Assembly (NCBI GenBank): GCA_964390375.1
Contig: CAYMIF010000003.1
Span: 1-63,474 of the forward strand
DNA length: 63,474 nucleotides
Source of the DNA: an uncultured Methanosarcinales archaeon
GTDB taxonomy: Archaea; Nanobdellota; Nanobdellia; Woesearchaeales; DSVV01
Reading direction: 5' to 3'
Part shown: positions 24,001 to 28,099 of the stretch, piece by piece
Position numbering within the stretch: position 1 is the first letter of the stretch
Layout: each line of letters opens with the position of its first letter
Notes under the pieces: generated by a model
What the model saw: the letters and a program-made list of their open reading frames with translations, nothing else
The model's database searches: none
What the model was told of the DNA's origin: nothing
Translations under genes and position numbers: made by a program

Positions 24001-24607
24001 GGATCTCTTCCTCCTCTAATTTTTTTTCTTCTTCATTCTCGCTTCCTGCTTCTTCCTCTACTACTTCTTCTCCTCCACCCTCTCCGATCTTTTCTCCAGC
24101 ATCTGATTCAAGTTCATAATAGTCGTATTCCACTTCATGTATCCGAAGCACTGTCTCATTGTCCAGGATAGTGATCAGCTGTCCTTTTCCGACCAGCCCA
24201 AGCTCATTATCTGAAACCCCAACATCCAGGAATCGTCCTTCAGATGAATTGAGCACTAGATATTCTTCTCCGTCGAAGACAAGATAGGCTACAGCATTTC
24301 CGTCTCCCTTGACAGTCCCGCTCAGCCTGATTGCAGACACATTCACCTCTCCGAATGAAAGGATTGCCTCTCCTGAGCGGTCGAATGCAAACTGTCCGTC
24401 TTCCAAAACGACCTGGCCGGTTATTCCGCCCTGCATAAAAAAGATTCCTGGCCGAAGAATCAAAAGCAGTATGGCAAGCATGAGTACAGCATTCAGGATA
24501 ACAAGAGCATCGATATGCTTTTCCTTCCTGTGCCCAGAAGTAAAGCTCTCGCTCATTTCAGCCTTCAGCTTTTTCGCCTCATCCTTCTTCTGTTTAGTTC
24601 TTGCCAT
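1..24607 (-). CDS. Giant (>8,200 aa, 3'-partial) membrane-anchored surface protein: 9 LamG/concanavalin-like domains, parallel beta-helix regions, GLUG repeats, Ig-like linkers, 4 Gly-rich modules
   Basis: ATG at 24607 (MARTKQKKDEAKK...), with an in-frame stop just upstream at ~24670. The N-terminal TM helix ALVILNAVLMLAILLLIL is followed by GITGQVV. The same frame reads as coherent protein at spot checks near 24000, 21790, 16990, 10030, 5400 and 1. The ORF track lists no long terminated ORF in this frame, consistent with no stop inside the window. LamG C-terminal motifs (DDVMxFNRxL type) lie near 21140, 20190, 17160, 16250, 15360, 12340, 10310, 9410 and 8440. GLUG-like VGGxxG repeats lie at ~7250-8260. 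Confidence 0.9.
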   Translation of the reverse strand, partial: MARTKQKKDEAKKLKAEMSESFTSGHRKEKHIDALVILNAVLMLAILLLILRPGIFFMQGGITGQVVLEDGQFAFDRSGEAILSFGEVNVSAIRLSGTVKGDGNAVAYLVFDGEEYLVLNSSEGRFLDVGVSDNELGLVGKGQLITILDNETVLRIHEVEYDYYELESDAGEKIGEGGGEEVVEEEAGSENEEEKKLEEEEILNKTSADEGAGNQTKIDYEQDDDGSKDNVSWENDSIDNITAANMTDQISANLSNAWKDVNDSLGNLTSGESPALNLKTGNDTIENLSFENQTISNISLENASVDNLSFINVTTGNESIVNDTGIDDKTANESGINESILNESLKNESVVDEIVFNETAVNESYINETGINETAIDETIINESFVNQTFINETMLNKTIGNQSIINESMDNLSAENMSQSWPANMTNITGNGTLSNASYNLPPNGSVSDITMDINSSARINLSESFSDTEGEMLFYDVYSDGGLEAIIREDVMFIKSGIVAGTYNLSIAVIDSKNFILANFSVIVVGPEPELVLASTNYSSISEPDNVSVQAKDYNVIAGVPVRWSHTIKSSEAVDAMVVIPGDASEVKAYVMEGDEKKDAQEKIKAVSRKKRKTEAKTLAEESEEEIEGDRRGSVRSISLLKEEERKKQKGRDVVPRAAAAQDFEVKEVNISLNASLHVLEYETPGPSINVSEMSGRKKTVVVSAPDEMGFEKVLSYAELEKEAKAENIKLYHVEGQSRTEVEAWKHDLDSDGLVDYLEWIVPHLSEQRYEIIIDISKAELLDSNRSYLADVYDYVKARDFNYTEVSDGEYLRVVFEENLTSDKDITIYARSNGSASVDVLLADDDDILASFENVSEDGKYKVYLSGLSGTNDTFDLRVSGEIEFDHVIDPTLGASGEIKFESPTPDDGDSQNETNVEINVSVSTSDLDTMKFNWDGTNHTFYNGSLVLMYNFDNRSELGENDSLIVDLSASEQNGSFGFSPDADTGYTANGRHDGAWMFDGSNQYVSFDESYAGDTTGTICAWAMKTGTTDGAGCIFWGGDASDNSQQVSLCFLDGGSSIFGECRDGSDYLFLINLTESVPSNQWLHVCLRQNGVEPALFVDGEKKETVDWAGPVDKTAWFDDLTGVDTGSVGMKRDSSPNNPLDGKVDDLMVFDRPLSDAEINQLYMSNLMKYNSTQWYLYVNQTKNSTHGLDSGTYSYYGYAEDGSGNYNYTETRDITIDSSAPNISFITAPVNGSTQAGDDIFLNVSANDTSNLSVFIDFDNSLKLWMRMDEVNSTEPNATFYDSSIYNNSGKAQGNAVQVDGYIGKAVNFSGSNNIMINKSPSLNFTTQLTVAAWAYKNSWPGGHYKIVVKPCNDAANDNPWELYALDFKGSSPGYPCFLASDGYSTALGSWHHIGACTYETIPLREWHHYVGVFNETNITLYVDGRLEAGGGHNITLGLNDTNTYISGANFGYRYPAMVDDVMLFNRSLSAEEVAALYMNQSPKYLGVTFDNLSAGEHTYIAYAQDKEGNVADTGDENSSLSEEIVNYWTCNGATKTFNDSSCWSEGRVPLAGDDVVFNGSGTADCNVTNNTMPQDLGSFTVEGSYGAGTIRFLPLFAEGDWTGNGDGTQMWNVSGNITIINSTMEIWSDYLHNVTSSASEPGNISGEGHGQDWRSVSGDILIGSSAKLDGEKLGFPEREGPGYGSSQCGGTHGGVGHFTDSSSVWTLPYGNATAPTSIGSGGGGDDGGSAIKLHATDLLIVEGEIDMNGGSTAYGGAGGSIWLKADEIKGGGNLYAKGGTSWRTGGGGRIRLEYGTTMNLTGTISVAAGTTANTKNGPDAGTLTFTNNTWPGDWTLTDDIGLLGGNHSEGLIINVNGVFNTSGHNAWIYSDCFFNSSNTVTCYKTTTYGFGVWINATEEIVITSGSTMVGTGLGLPPTTVTTAAVSHGGKGGSSSDSIYDNETRPINPGKGATIYRSYKGGGSALRLQSAKEVAIEGTINMNAKDDDAYGQGSGGSIWIDAPNISGSGDLYSRGGDWGGMGASHQSGGGGGRIALTSSDTISFNGTILNRGGTGSDPGEGGTVYANASNEIYSIMNITTTGYNGGNITLNDTYLMLFGVYNATGENNDGVIRLEFTDCSSDLSSGTFLPDPLYSTNCPLGITINKPYNWTWYGNSSMEFNVSIDRAGSWCGMSVDSGANVSMEKFSSYMFNYTNSSMPDSGYNVVFSCNDTSDNWGYTGFDYFFVDTVNPNISIIEPDGRYVTADDYVVTNVSANDTANVSMVLDWDSSLVSWWRMDELNSTGDVVDYMGRNNGSVSGDAAQTDAGYFGRGFEFIDNGDSIVVTDNDVLDLNLSGTISLWAKNKGNCTSSNGGTPTETGNCFIIYKGSGQAATDYAYFLRHESDEDVVFYLGNGTTGRSASVGSIPRKVWHHYLVTWNSTNISLYIDGDFKDDSAMLNQIKNSNYDLKIGAGGHYTDGWDTHFNGTIDDVMIFNRTLSEDEVIALYANQSDKYLDLNITGLSSGNHTITAYAQDRAGNINITSRVAERDNTDPIVNVESPLNDSWYNSSMVVINVSSSEEGNGSLVLNLENSLVSWWTMDSLNNSGDPQDIMGRNNGTRHGNARAVPGKLGKGFEFDGSYDAINVSNDPSFNITEELTLSAWFYNTKSSYSSPDDFPKLIIRPYPSFSAPFELYALSFSGGGDTLRFLISNQTKTTRWIQQDGGNIETYRWYHAAATFNGTNMTLYIDGTYNQSTSFSPFEIGTNGSGVFIGSRGESRNDFQGIIDNVMIFNRSISADEVMSIYNATSYLYTANFSEGGHELEAYTVDLAGNLGETGPMDFYLDTVNPNISIIEPYSGYATTDDFVFVNVSANDTSNVSVFVDWDDSLVSWWRMDELNASGDVVDHMGRNNGSVSGDAAQTDAGYFGKGFYFDGDNDAVIFGSDDSLDSIANFTLSAWYKPARDGSSQEEVIFNKYEEKMLEWDWNMVGFQQAAFRGIVDFGAGTNAIAVSEAIPYSYTEESWNSVQVWYHVVMTYNTDTKNVSLYINGTETNYNSRTTGVGTEDYQNSEDLRMGTNVFGNFDTMGTIDDAMLFNRTLSAEEVAGLYANQSSRYLGANMTGLSDGTYTFTAYAQDRAGNVNRTDEQSAEIASGGFVNYWNCSGGTQNFTNASCWSQGRVPIATDNVIFNGSGTADCNVTNNTMPQDLGSFTVEGSYGAGTIYFLPLFAEGYYGGNYSGTQEWNVSGDIAVLNGTVEVWGDYLHNETSSAHGPGNLTAEGAGQGWNSISGNINIGEDAVLDGAGLGFGTRAGPGYDKSEGDSASHGGFGGERGSFTPDPYGNATGPTSLGSATDSREGGSAIKLTGTIINISGEIDMDGIAGSDSGAGGSVWLLADNITGNGFVHARGGATTIGYGAGAGGRIRFGYLKNLEFDGNISLASRTTGSEPGTHGTLTFTNNTWPKDMTLTGDIGLLGGDFGDGNVTNIRGNLDLNGYDIKIYGDCFGNSGQYKAFVCYNTTTEGSGVWLNVTGNITIPGGSTISGSETGFPSTKGAGPGSSSTGACHGGIGADNGCQPYGSLTSPVALGSGGQGTNGGAAIKLETDETVLINGSIYANSRTYGHTGSGGSIWVSGETVSGNGTISAIGANTNIGYNSGAGGRVAIWGDVVNFTGDINAYSRTSGSEPGDGGTVFINASSRIETSIEIDAYGSQKGGNITLNDSLLIISGDYNATGGSSDGVIRLEFSDCSSDFSAGTFNPDPFYSTNCPLIITINKPVNWSWYANSSMDFNVSVDRAGSWCGMSVSGGANVSMEKFSSYMFNYTNGSMPDDSYHVVFSCNDTSDNWGYTGFDYFFVDTVNPNISIIEPSSGYATTDDFVFVNVSANDSSNVSVFVDWDDDLLLWMRMDDVNSSGDPQDYTERHNGTRNGGWNPGPGGPNQVDSGYMGKAFEFDGDDDWIDLGNDTSLIPIYGTIAAWVYAYDYARGINVIFTGEFGGNSDRHPYFYVDTDGDAVLSISNGTTFDSDNFDTNLSTDTWIHLAVTWNGTDKVLYVNGSRIFNASQDLIPIARTANPPGDTSRIGDLSGSFTEEWNGKIDDVMIFNRSLEDNEISAIYAGQNSVYLGVNFSSLSEGNHTFTAYAQDRAGNVNATDSQDAELNFSEISECTELSMPNKLYYLTQDLYTNVTCIVISADNVTLEGRGYSITGNNTDCGEDFGIHAGGQVNVTIKDFENISYFGDYDACGDRDGAGIFLDGTNGSRIYNISAYENWKGVKLEQAYDNMIYDCNLSSNADDGAGIYYGENNTFDNITMDLNGNDGIYLSRTGNNTIIRSNFSSNVDEGVTFYLSPNNTVSDCRFVAHKKGIYIVASWNNTLQSNYINDSTDGIYMYSSGTGGNTSYNIVKDTEIENSARTDVYFWTDDPGSGNIENMFYNASFSSDYFNNSLDGGPSHYVRLWYYRAYVNDTEGNSLGGINVSGYNSTGDIQFSELTYPSGWTDSVSVIDYINNNGSIAYFSEYLINASNSSYDAQQHSYNITSSENIMSDVFTLDNAIPTADANSPSNNSYWNSSIIEFDVNASDYNNVSLFVDIDDSLVSWWRMDDLNATGGVVDYMGRTNGTPSGDSGQTEGMFGKGFSFDQDGDMINLTNTTALHVYNFTIAAWVWKNEAGTQGIFADDVRGLNGNWELFIYSGTEVGTMWYAPDSVALKSSTRLENETWYHIAGTYDGNNISIYINGQLENTTTTTNTVDYSGDRVPGIGAVNTNWGWGNGMNGTIDDVMLFNRSLSAEEIAGLYANSSSKHVIVNVSDFSEGEHHYTAYSQDLSGNVAESGRADFNVDTVNPNISFVDVTIGDGSMIGDDFVFVNVSANDTNNVSVFVDFDSSLVFWMRMDELNSSGGVVDYLNRNNGSAIGDAIQTDSGYFGRGFDFDGDGDSIDIGDVDFDEGLDGLTVSLWAYAKSNYSDSGSNQYFISRYGAGPDVFYMWWEANGDLEVDFMVWNGTSTGQGTHDVGIPESEFNKWHHLVGVYNGTNVLLYVDNELGTKSQGPLTGKTNTGATNPLRIGNGVDNRDFNGTIDDVMIFNRSLSSEEVAALYANQSRRYEGLNYTDLSDGSHSFTAYAQDRAGNVNTTETRDVEVDTINPDIAFVWPTNANDSTEGDIIVNVSANDTSNVSVVVDLDGTLVSWFRLENNVWDYMGNNNKSTNWLKGNAEYASGKLGRGVELDGANDTVQINSTNGLTNASGTIMFWFRRDGYHNINAGSTDRNYVFSHFCWPDCRGTRQITGSSVSDRVYIYFNATDDDMYAYMQQYSIADSYSEHIANVGLGEWHHVALTYTNDTANPINGSYEVYLDAEHMATGIFNKSMLKWWYTLDFGGWDGSHRDWNNPIWNDPGEEFNGTVDDILIFNRSLEPDEIAAVYANGSSRYAYIDYDDNLTQGNHTFKAYAQDLAGNLNWTETRVTKLVTSNITSCEELQEMNQDLTESYSLGANVDCTFDTQDPAGALYNGGAGFEPIGNNTHQFTGTLEGNGYSITGLAINRPSRTYVGLFGYTSSAVNISNVELLDVDITGNWSTGSLVGYNDGGTVKNCNVTGIVNCDGNMAGGLMGYNDGFVGNCSADVYVNNSDDTNDAGGLIGQSHDNGVVNDSYALGNVSGGFWNVGGFIGKDFGVTSRCYAAGNVTSSGHNVGGFDGKARRRAKIDCYTTGTVTSTIVSHDTTNYYIGGFAGYAESGTISHSYATGDVVGGNANYTAGFIGYVQGAYDGINYSFADNNVSGNNEVSGFIAWFDDTITQLDNVWWNNHSGNPDHCWWNETGDYDTECNAIEDDSDYFKGDVYPGSEPMANWSFYSVWSEVEDEYPQLTLQGAGGQFADNATYELFDVPPTTDFNEITDMYNVCNATVAINDTARIDWLSCIDARGNDFDSHVLLNHNYIKVNTSFLDESLNSSANITMYWVNLSNPAVLVDGEVCRECYMISNDANNVTFNVTHFSNYTLAENISGCRNFTQPGVYLLNDSIIDSGVPYCMNISADDVWLDCQGHSVDSDGTALDGIYVYRSAETDSNVTVVNCNVSDWGNHNIYIRNADNVTLINITTSGSGDGVETYNGDYMTAIGLTSIDNFNGIQIRYSNHVTINDSVIANNTYRDISISGTSCDHEINNVTGTDNKPIVYFDEAVSIDSWNNNFSQMILCNADGSSVNNVTMSHTDIENNDIMLRGVDNSNFTNIFVNDSYHGFAFFSDTNNRFINITVDSVQGSGLYVYFNSDSNYFENITSTNNEYGIRIVRSDLNNLSNSTIYGNSEAGIYFEDGSGLSGPNRFYNNLLNNSGTYGNIRFSDTIYNHTWNVSQQPGTRIYSSGTEIGGNYWTNSTGSFSDNCLDSDFNGFCDQALNLSTMTGCTEGVDCGNNTDFLPLSDDYNPVGVNYWICNGAVNRFDNDSCWSLGRVPVAGDDVVFNSSGTADCNVTNNTMPQELASFTVEGSYGAGTIYFLPLFAEGDWTGNNDGTQVWNVSGDISVLNGTMKIYGDFLHNVTSSATEPGNITGEGHGQEWQSMSGNITVGEDAKIDGKGLGFTTTEGPGGCNSNCGASHASDGYSGSSIFYGNATAPTSIGSGGSTSNGGSAIRLKTDDGFIEIEGEIDMNGNQDRSGAGGSIWLDAENITGSGTLKVQGGGSWASAGSGYIRFDFKTTDFNGEIYTRTMPGFDTSTFGVFTFTNNTWPLDWNLNGSIGLLGGDYGEGNITNIAGDFNVYEGSEIGIYADCHGNSGDYQAYVCYNNTADGRGVWINATGNISIAAGATLDGYMLGFPSLAGPGDGGTNTGGSYGGHGWNSGDELYGSLTYPISVGSGGENGPGGSAIRLETPGNIAVEGEILMHTYRSNWNSAAGAGGSILLIAGGNISGNGTLNANGGIGQEGGGGGRIAMHAESINFSGQINNIGGQDSDGNNDGSGGTVYINASNSIISSMNVSVFGYNGGNITLNDTLMTLSGTYLANGSNSGGEIRLEYSDCSSDFDDARFDPTPPTFVTRCGAFLVSECRDLTFANWEYQLTDNVSSAGTCFNVAAENVTLDCSGYEINYSYSSQGYGLNSTSFNTTVEDCRILQGRDAESSSYGLRILYSNFSRIYNNTIITLGGYSFGIYLEDSGDAFVSRNNITTNVAGSNGMRIRGELSGTNITYNTIHTLDRASMGVYFVEASNEISLHNNNITTDSCIPLGFYQSNPGYDYLNQTIPQTNLADGKPILYIFDNNSAEYTGVNFSEYGAVYMAYSNNITIEDSNFSTNGLRVYFITNSTFRNNNLTSGKPGANVLGLIKSDNNNITDNIIDSTSPTGWSSALEISESENNNVFNNNITTTGSGWSHGIYFTDQSHNNTIVNNSLDVDGSMSIGMYIRDDADDNVFDNNDMVVRGDSYGLRFYSGNSIEAIVNNSNITTLAAGTEAIYISSGSYNISIYNSIVNSVMGDDILTSSIDDASHLRLYNVTWNETNATINNGNITIYNYNYLDVNVTSDGLAVNGANVTAAFENRTWAFSVLTDASGFIDTQPLLEFYWNYTDKYDTSNYTINTTSAGREDVAYVNVSRDYIHNVSFSGGVNNWVCNGATRTFNDSSCWSLGHVPVAGENVVFNGSGTADCNVTNNTMPQELASFTVEASYGAGTIYFLPLFAEGYYGGNYSGTQEWNVSGDIAVMNGTVKVYGDARHQDFWGVMGNLTPYGQGQSWNSQGNVTIGQDSEIDGIGLGFMDNCCGGVCANAFAGASHGGKGGGPDQQIPDIYGNASGPTSLGMGGSSDSNVNYGGSAIKIRSDPGTIRIDGTVNMSSFTNNAARAGGSGGSIWLYGDNITGKGILAADGGSTVTSGAGGGGRIRVNFNSYGYTGIISAAGGKSDTVDSDGYSEYENGYLGRAGTFSFSSPLGTIDNLTYPGDWTVNGTIGLEANNYTILGDFVIPRGTKFGVGPRYNHTSPPNYGVSINATGNITIDGWIDGYRGGYANNYGPGAGSDLEGGAHAGRGGDNPASTYGSEQYPVTLGSGGGDSYGGGAVRLISAGHVEVNGTISMKGNNQSASSRGSSSGGSILLEAATYIRGYGNLSARTADVTGNDGGGSGGRIALHASDILFNGTIDNRGAISTTGESGGGGSVYINATTSAISSMDVTTTGLDGGNITIAETYLRLTGNYNATNFSGDPTNADIELWFTDCASDFDDAVFDPTPPTFVTGCGAFEVSECRNLT
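12954..13372. repeat. Near-identical intragenic repeat (mosaic of 15984-16113 and 17871-18196)
   Basis: 13047-13144 matches 17871-17968 with 1 mismatch in 98 nt, and homology continues to ~13372/18196. 12954-13083 matches 15984-16113 with only a few mismatches. Confidence 0.85.
23345..23764 (-). repeat. 28 x 15-nt degenerate tandem repeat encoding N-x-S/T-x-x pentapeptides
   Basis: Hand translation gives NDTIE NLSFE NQTIS NISLE NASVD NLSFI NVTTG NESIV NDTGI DDKTA NESGI NESIL NESLK NESVV DEIVF NETAV NESYI NETGI NETAI DETII NESFV NQTFI NETML NKTIG NQSII NESMD NLSAE NMSQS. Confidence 0.9.
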
Positions 24608-25136
24608 GTTTTCCTCTTTTCTTGCACGCGCGGCTATAGCAGGTCCACACGGTCCTTTGGTCTCTGTTCATGCATTCGCCGATCTCAGAATATCGAAGGC
24701 CGGCTTCTTCTTTGAGGTATACGACGCATATTTCCAATACCCCGAGATTTTTGTTCCCGAAAATCTCTGTAGGGAGGAAATATTCGCCGCCGCTCACCCG
24801 GATCCTTCTGTGTTGTTTGGATGCGGCCTTGTGGTAGACCGTCCAGATGAGCTTGTTGTCGCGAAAGAGGATGTCAGCGATCTCCCGGAAAGGAAGATCG
24901 CGGTTCTCCCGGAGGTACTTGACAATGCACTCCAACGTGCCAAGTTTGTTGTCAGAAAAGATTGAGACCGGGATTTGAAGGGTCTCCTCATCCTCTTTCT
25001 GGATATGGGAGATGTCTCTTCTGATCTCGAATATCTCGCTTTCAAGCTTCAGAAGTGAATTTTGCAGCAGTTCAAGCCTTTGAGAACTAGATTTATGTCT
25101 ATTTTTCCCTCTCCCTATACCCTTCTTTGTGCGCAC
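24594..25136 (-). CDS. Tandem helix-turn-helix DNA-binding protein
   Basis: Two similar units: LGTLECIVKYLRENRDLPFREIADILFRDNKLIWTVYHKA and LGVLEICVVYLKEEAGLRYSEIGECMNRDQRTVWTCYSRA. It overlaps the giant gene start by 14 nt. The start codon (GTG) is uncertain. Confidence 0.8.
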   Translation of the reverse strand: MRTKKGIGRGKNRHKSSSQRLELLQNSLLKLESEIFEIRRDISHIQKEDEETLQIPVSIFSDNKLGTLECIVKYLRENRDLPFREIADILFRDNKLIWTVYHKAASKQHRRIRVSGGEYFLPTEIFGNKNLGVLEICVVYLKEEAGLRYSEIGECMNRDQRTVWTCYSRACKKRGKHGKN

Positions 25137-25170
25137 TTTTCTGACTAAAAAACGTTTTTTACTAATTATG

Positions 25171-25397
25171 TAAGTAATGACTATTTAAAGCTTTCGTTTT
25201 TTTAGACGATAATTAGAGAGGGGCAGTTTCAAATTATCTTACCAAATATGAAAATAAACATACAGATTCAAATCAAATAAGTAAAAAACAAAACCAAGTA
25301 AGTATAATAATTATTAATTTAATATCAAATAAGTATTTAAGAGAAAAAAATAATATTAAATAAGTAAAAAATGCATTAATAATCAACTAAGTAAGTA
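25171..25397. promoter_or_regulatory. AT-rich upstream region with phased TAAGTA hexamers
   Basis: TAAGTA starts at 25171, 25278, 25299, 25330, 25361 and 25392 (plus an overlapping copy at 25388). Spacings are 107, 21, 31, 31, 31. Confidence 0.45.
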
Positions 25398-25502
25398 TTA
25401 AAATCAAGAAGGCTCAAGCTAGGTTCAGATGACAAAAAATCAAGCAAAAAATAGCATCAGAAAAAGAAGATAAACAAGATGGCTGTCGCTTTTTGTTTTA
25501 TC

Positions 25503-25625
25503 GGCTATTATGAAATCCTATCCTACTTCACCGATGTTTCACATCGGTTCCGCCTGGCCACGAGAATATTTACTAATGTAAATATTCTCTCTCATGGCAC
25601 AGACGGCTAGGATTTCATAATAGCC
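25503..25625 (-). mobile_element. MITE-like element (structured element copy 1)
   Basis: Perfect 18-bp terminal inverted repeats GGCTATTATGAAATCCTA (25503-25520, 25608-25625). Perfect 9-bp flanking direct repeat TGTTTTATC (25494-25502, 25626-25634). Internal hairpins, no ORF. Confidence 0.8.
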
Positions 25626-25692
25626 TGTTTTATCATTAGATTTAAAAAGTCATCAACAGAAATAGTCTCAAAAGAAAAAACAGGAAAAAATT

Positions 25693-25962
25693 TTACTCTT
25701 CTTCGTCCTGGTTATAGTTTGGCACAGCAGACTTCGATATTATCATGATGTCTCCGATAGCCTTGACCAGCTGGTGAGGGACGATAACTCCTTTTGCCGA
25801 CCCCAGGATCCTGTTCAGGTATGAGTTTTTCGTAGATTTCACTCTCCACCCGAACACTTTGTTTGCTGTGAGTATTGACTCCTCGACATCCCCGAAGTAT
25901 TCACCTGAATCTGTGAATACTCTCATGTCATATGATTCAGTGATCTTTTTCATATTAAGCAT
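25693..25962 (-). CDS. PRC-barrel domain protein
   Basis: MLNMKKITESYDMRVFTDSGEYFGDVEE...IVPHQLVKAIGDIMII is the archaeal PRC-barrel pattern. Start moved from 26070 to the ATG at 25962. Confidence 0.8.
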   Translation of the reverse strand: MLNMKKITESYDMRVFTDSGEYFGDVEESILTANKVFGWRVKSTKNSYLNRILGSAKGVIVPHQLVKAIGDIMIISKSAVPNYNQDEEE

Positions 25963-26030
25963 AGTGAATCCCTCCGATATTGAAGATAAGTAAATTTTTA
26001 TAAGTATATAAATTTTTCCGTTGAAACAGC

Positions 26031-26780
26031 ATGTCACAGATAAAACTGGTAGGAACATCACACATAGCAAAGCAGTCAGTAAAGGAGATCAAGGCAGCGA
26101 TAGCCTCATTCAGGCCAGACATCGTCGCAGTAGAGCTGGATCAAAGAAGGCTCTACGGTCTGCTCACTCAGGAAAGGAAGCAGAAATACTCTTTGTCTAT
26201 GGCAAAGGACATCGGTCTGAGCGGATACATCTTTGCAGTCATAGGCTCTTTTCTCTCGCGAAAGCTAGGGAAATCTGTCGGTGTTATGCCTGGCGAGGAT
26301 ATGCTGACTGCAGTCAGGATAGCAAAAGAGCACAAGCTCGAAATTGCCCTGATTGACCAGGATATCGGCATAACCCTCAGGAACTTCTCAAAGGGCCTGA
26401 GCTGGAAAGAGAGGTTTCAGTTCATAAAAGACATTTTCAAGGGCATATTTTTCAAAAAAAGCCAGATGAAAAAATACGGCCTGAAGAAGATGGATCTGTC
26501 TAAAGTTCCGACAGGAAAGGTGATCCAGAAGCTTTTAGGCTCGATGAAGATAGACTATCCAAACATCTACAAGGCCCTGGTAGAGGACAGAAACCATTAC
26601 ATGGCAAAAAAGCTCAACTTTTTGCGCGGGAAATTCCCGGAGAAGAAGATTCTGGCGATTGTAGGTGCTGGTCACATAGATGGTATGCAAAATCTGATAG
26701 CACAAGGCCCAAAAGAAACCTTCAGCTATTCATACACTTTCGGCGGGACAACATATCCTCAGATAAACATCCTGGATTAG
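26031..26780 (+). CDS. TraB/GumN family protein
   Basis: IKLVGTSHI, VAVELD, LIDQDI, LVEDRNHYMA and AIVGAGHIDG are TraB-family motifs. Confidence 0.88.
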   Translation: MSQIKLVGTSHIAKQSVKEIKAAIASFRPDIVAVELDQRRLYGLLTQERKQKYSLSMAKDIGLSGYIFAVIGSFLSRKLGKSVGVMPGEDMLTAVRIAKEHKLEIALIDQDIGITLRNFSKGLSWKERFQFIKDIFKGIFFKKSQMKKYGLKKMDLSKVPTGKVIQKLLGSMKIDYPNIYKALVEDRNHYMAKKLNFLRGKFPEKKILAIVGAGHIDGMQNLIAQGPKETFSYSYTFGGTTYPQINILD

Positions 26781-26848
26781 CCAGAAATCTGCTGTTTCTC
26801 AAATTGAAAAATCAAAAGAAAGATAATAATAAAAAAACGAACATATTA

Positions 26849-28099
26849 TCAAAGCTTGTCAGCGATCAGTATCGCGCAGCTGTTTGATGATTTTACCTTT
26901 GAGTCCATGCCGATAAGAAACTTGATCTTGCTTTTCTCAGCCTGGTTCACAAGGGAAGAATCGATCACTCCGTCGAAGACTATTGCATATATCCCTGTGT
27001 TGAGTGACTGGATTGTGGTCTGCAGTTCGCTGTTAGGTACCTTTCCTAGGATATTCATCTTGTCGTCCAGGATATATGCGCCCCTTGTTCCGATTAGGTC
27101 TTCGAGCATGTCTTTTATGGTCTTCTTTTCCTGTCCAGTTAGTCTTGGAAGCTGCGAACTGCTGCTTCCTCCTCTTGAATTGCTGCCTCTCTTGTCATAG
27201 TTTTGCCTTTGGTGATGCTGTGGTTTGCCTGACCTTCTTTGGCTGTTTCCGCCTGAATCATCTCTTGTTTGAAGATCATGTTTTGCCTGTTCAGTCGAGA
27301 TCTTGCCTCTGAGAGCCTTGTGTATCTCCTTTTTGGTCAGCTCCTCGACCTCTTTTCCGTCAGGTGCTTTTGCCACAAAATCGATCTCTGCTCGGTCAGT
27401 CATCTCCTTGACAATAAGGTTGCCGCCGCGATCACCGTCCACAAAGACAGTCACGATCTTTCTCTTTGACAGTTCTACTACTGTCTCTGGAACATTCGTC
27501 CCGTTGATTGCAATAGCATTCTTAAACCCGTGCTTGAGCAGATTTATGACATCTGCTCTACCTTCGACTACGATGATATCGTCTGAATCCTCGACATTCG
27601 GTCCTGCAGGAAGCCTTTCATTTCCGTATTCCTGTATTTCCATGATACGCACAGAATAAGCTACTTCGTCTGCAAGTTCTTGTGAATCCGGCATCGATGT
27701 GTCCATGAGTTTTCTAAGAAGGTCCTTTGCCCGGTCTATGACAAAAGTCCTCTTGCTGACCCTGACATCCTCGATCTTCTCGACCCTGATCTTTGCGCTG
27801 CAAGGTCCGATTCTCTGGATGATCTCAAGCGCAGCAGCGACAATCACTGTCTCTGCCTTGTCCAGGCTTGAGGGGATCACGATCTCGCCGAGTGTCTTTC
27901 CTGATCTTGTCTCGACCTTGACCTCTATCCTTCCGATTCTTCCTGATCTTTGAAGCTCGCGAAGTTCCAGGTCAGCTCCGAGTAGTCCTTCTGTCTGTCC
28001 GAATATAGCACCTATCACATCTGGTCTGTCCACTACTCCGCCGATATTGATTGATGCATGGATGATGTATTTTGCTGATACTGGACTGATCTTTCCCAT
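26849..28099 (-). CDS. dnaG: Archaeal DnaG-type primase (exosome-associated)
   Basis: [34 protein letters not shown], Toprim [10 protein letters not shown] and FVDGDRGG. Confidence 0.95.
   Translation of the reverse strand: MGKISPVSAKYIIHASINIGGVVDRPDVIGAIFGQTEGLLGADLELRELQRSGRIGRIEVKVETRSGKTLGEIVIPSSLDKAETVIVAAALEIIQRIGPCSAKIRVEKIEDVRVSKRTFVIDRAKDLLRKLMDTSMPDSQELADEVAYSVRIMEIQEYGNERLPAGPNVEDSDDIIVVEGRADVINLLKHGFKNAIAINGTNVPETVVELSKRKIVTVFVDGDRGGNLIVKEMTDRAEIDFVAKAPDGKEVEELTKKEIHKALRGKISTEQAKHDLQTRDDSGGNSQRRSGKPQHHQRQNYDKRGSNSRGGSSSSQLPRLTGQEKKTIKDMLEDLIGTRGAYILDDKMNILGKVPNSELQTTIQSLNTGIYAIVFDGVIDSSLVNQAEKSKIKFLIGMDSKVKSSNSCAILIADKL

Noticed and set aside
303-24171. Dozens of short plus- and minus-strand ORFs in the track
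   Set aside because: They are shadow ORFs of the giant minus-strand gene. Their Pro/Ser-rich sequences are the antisense of Gly-rich codons.
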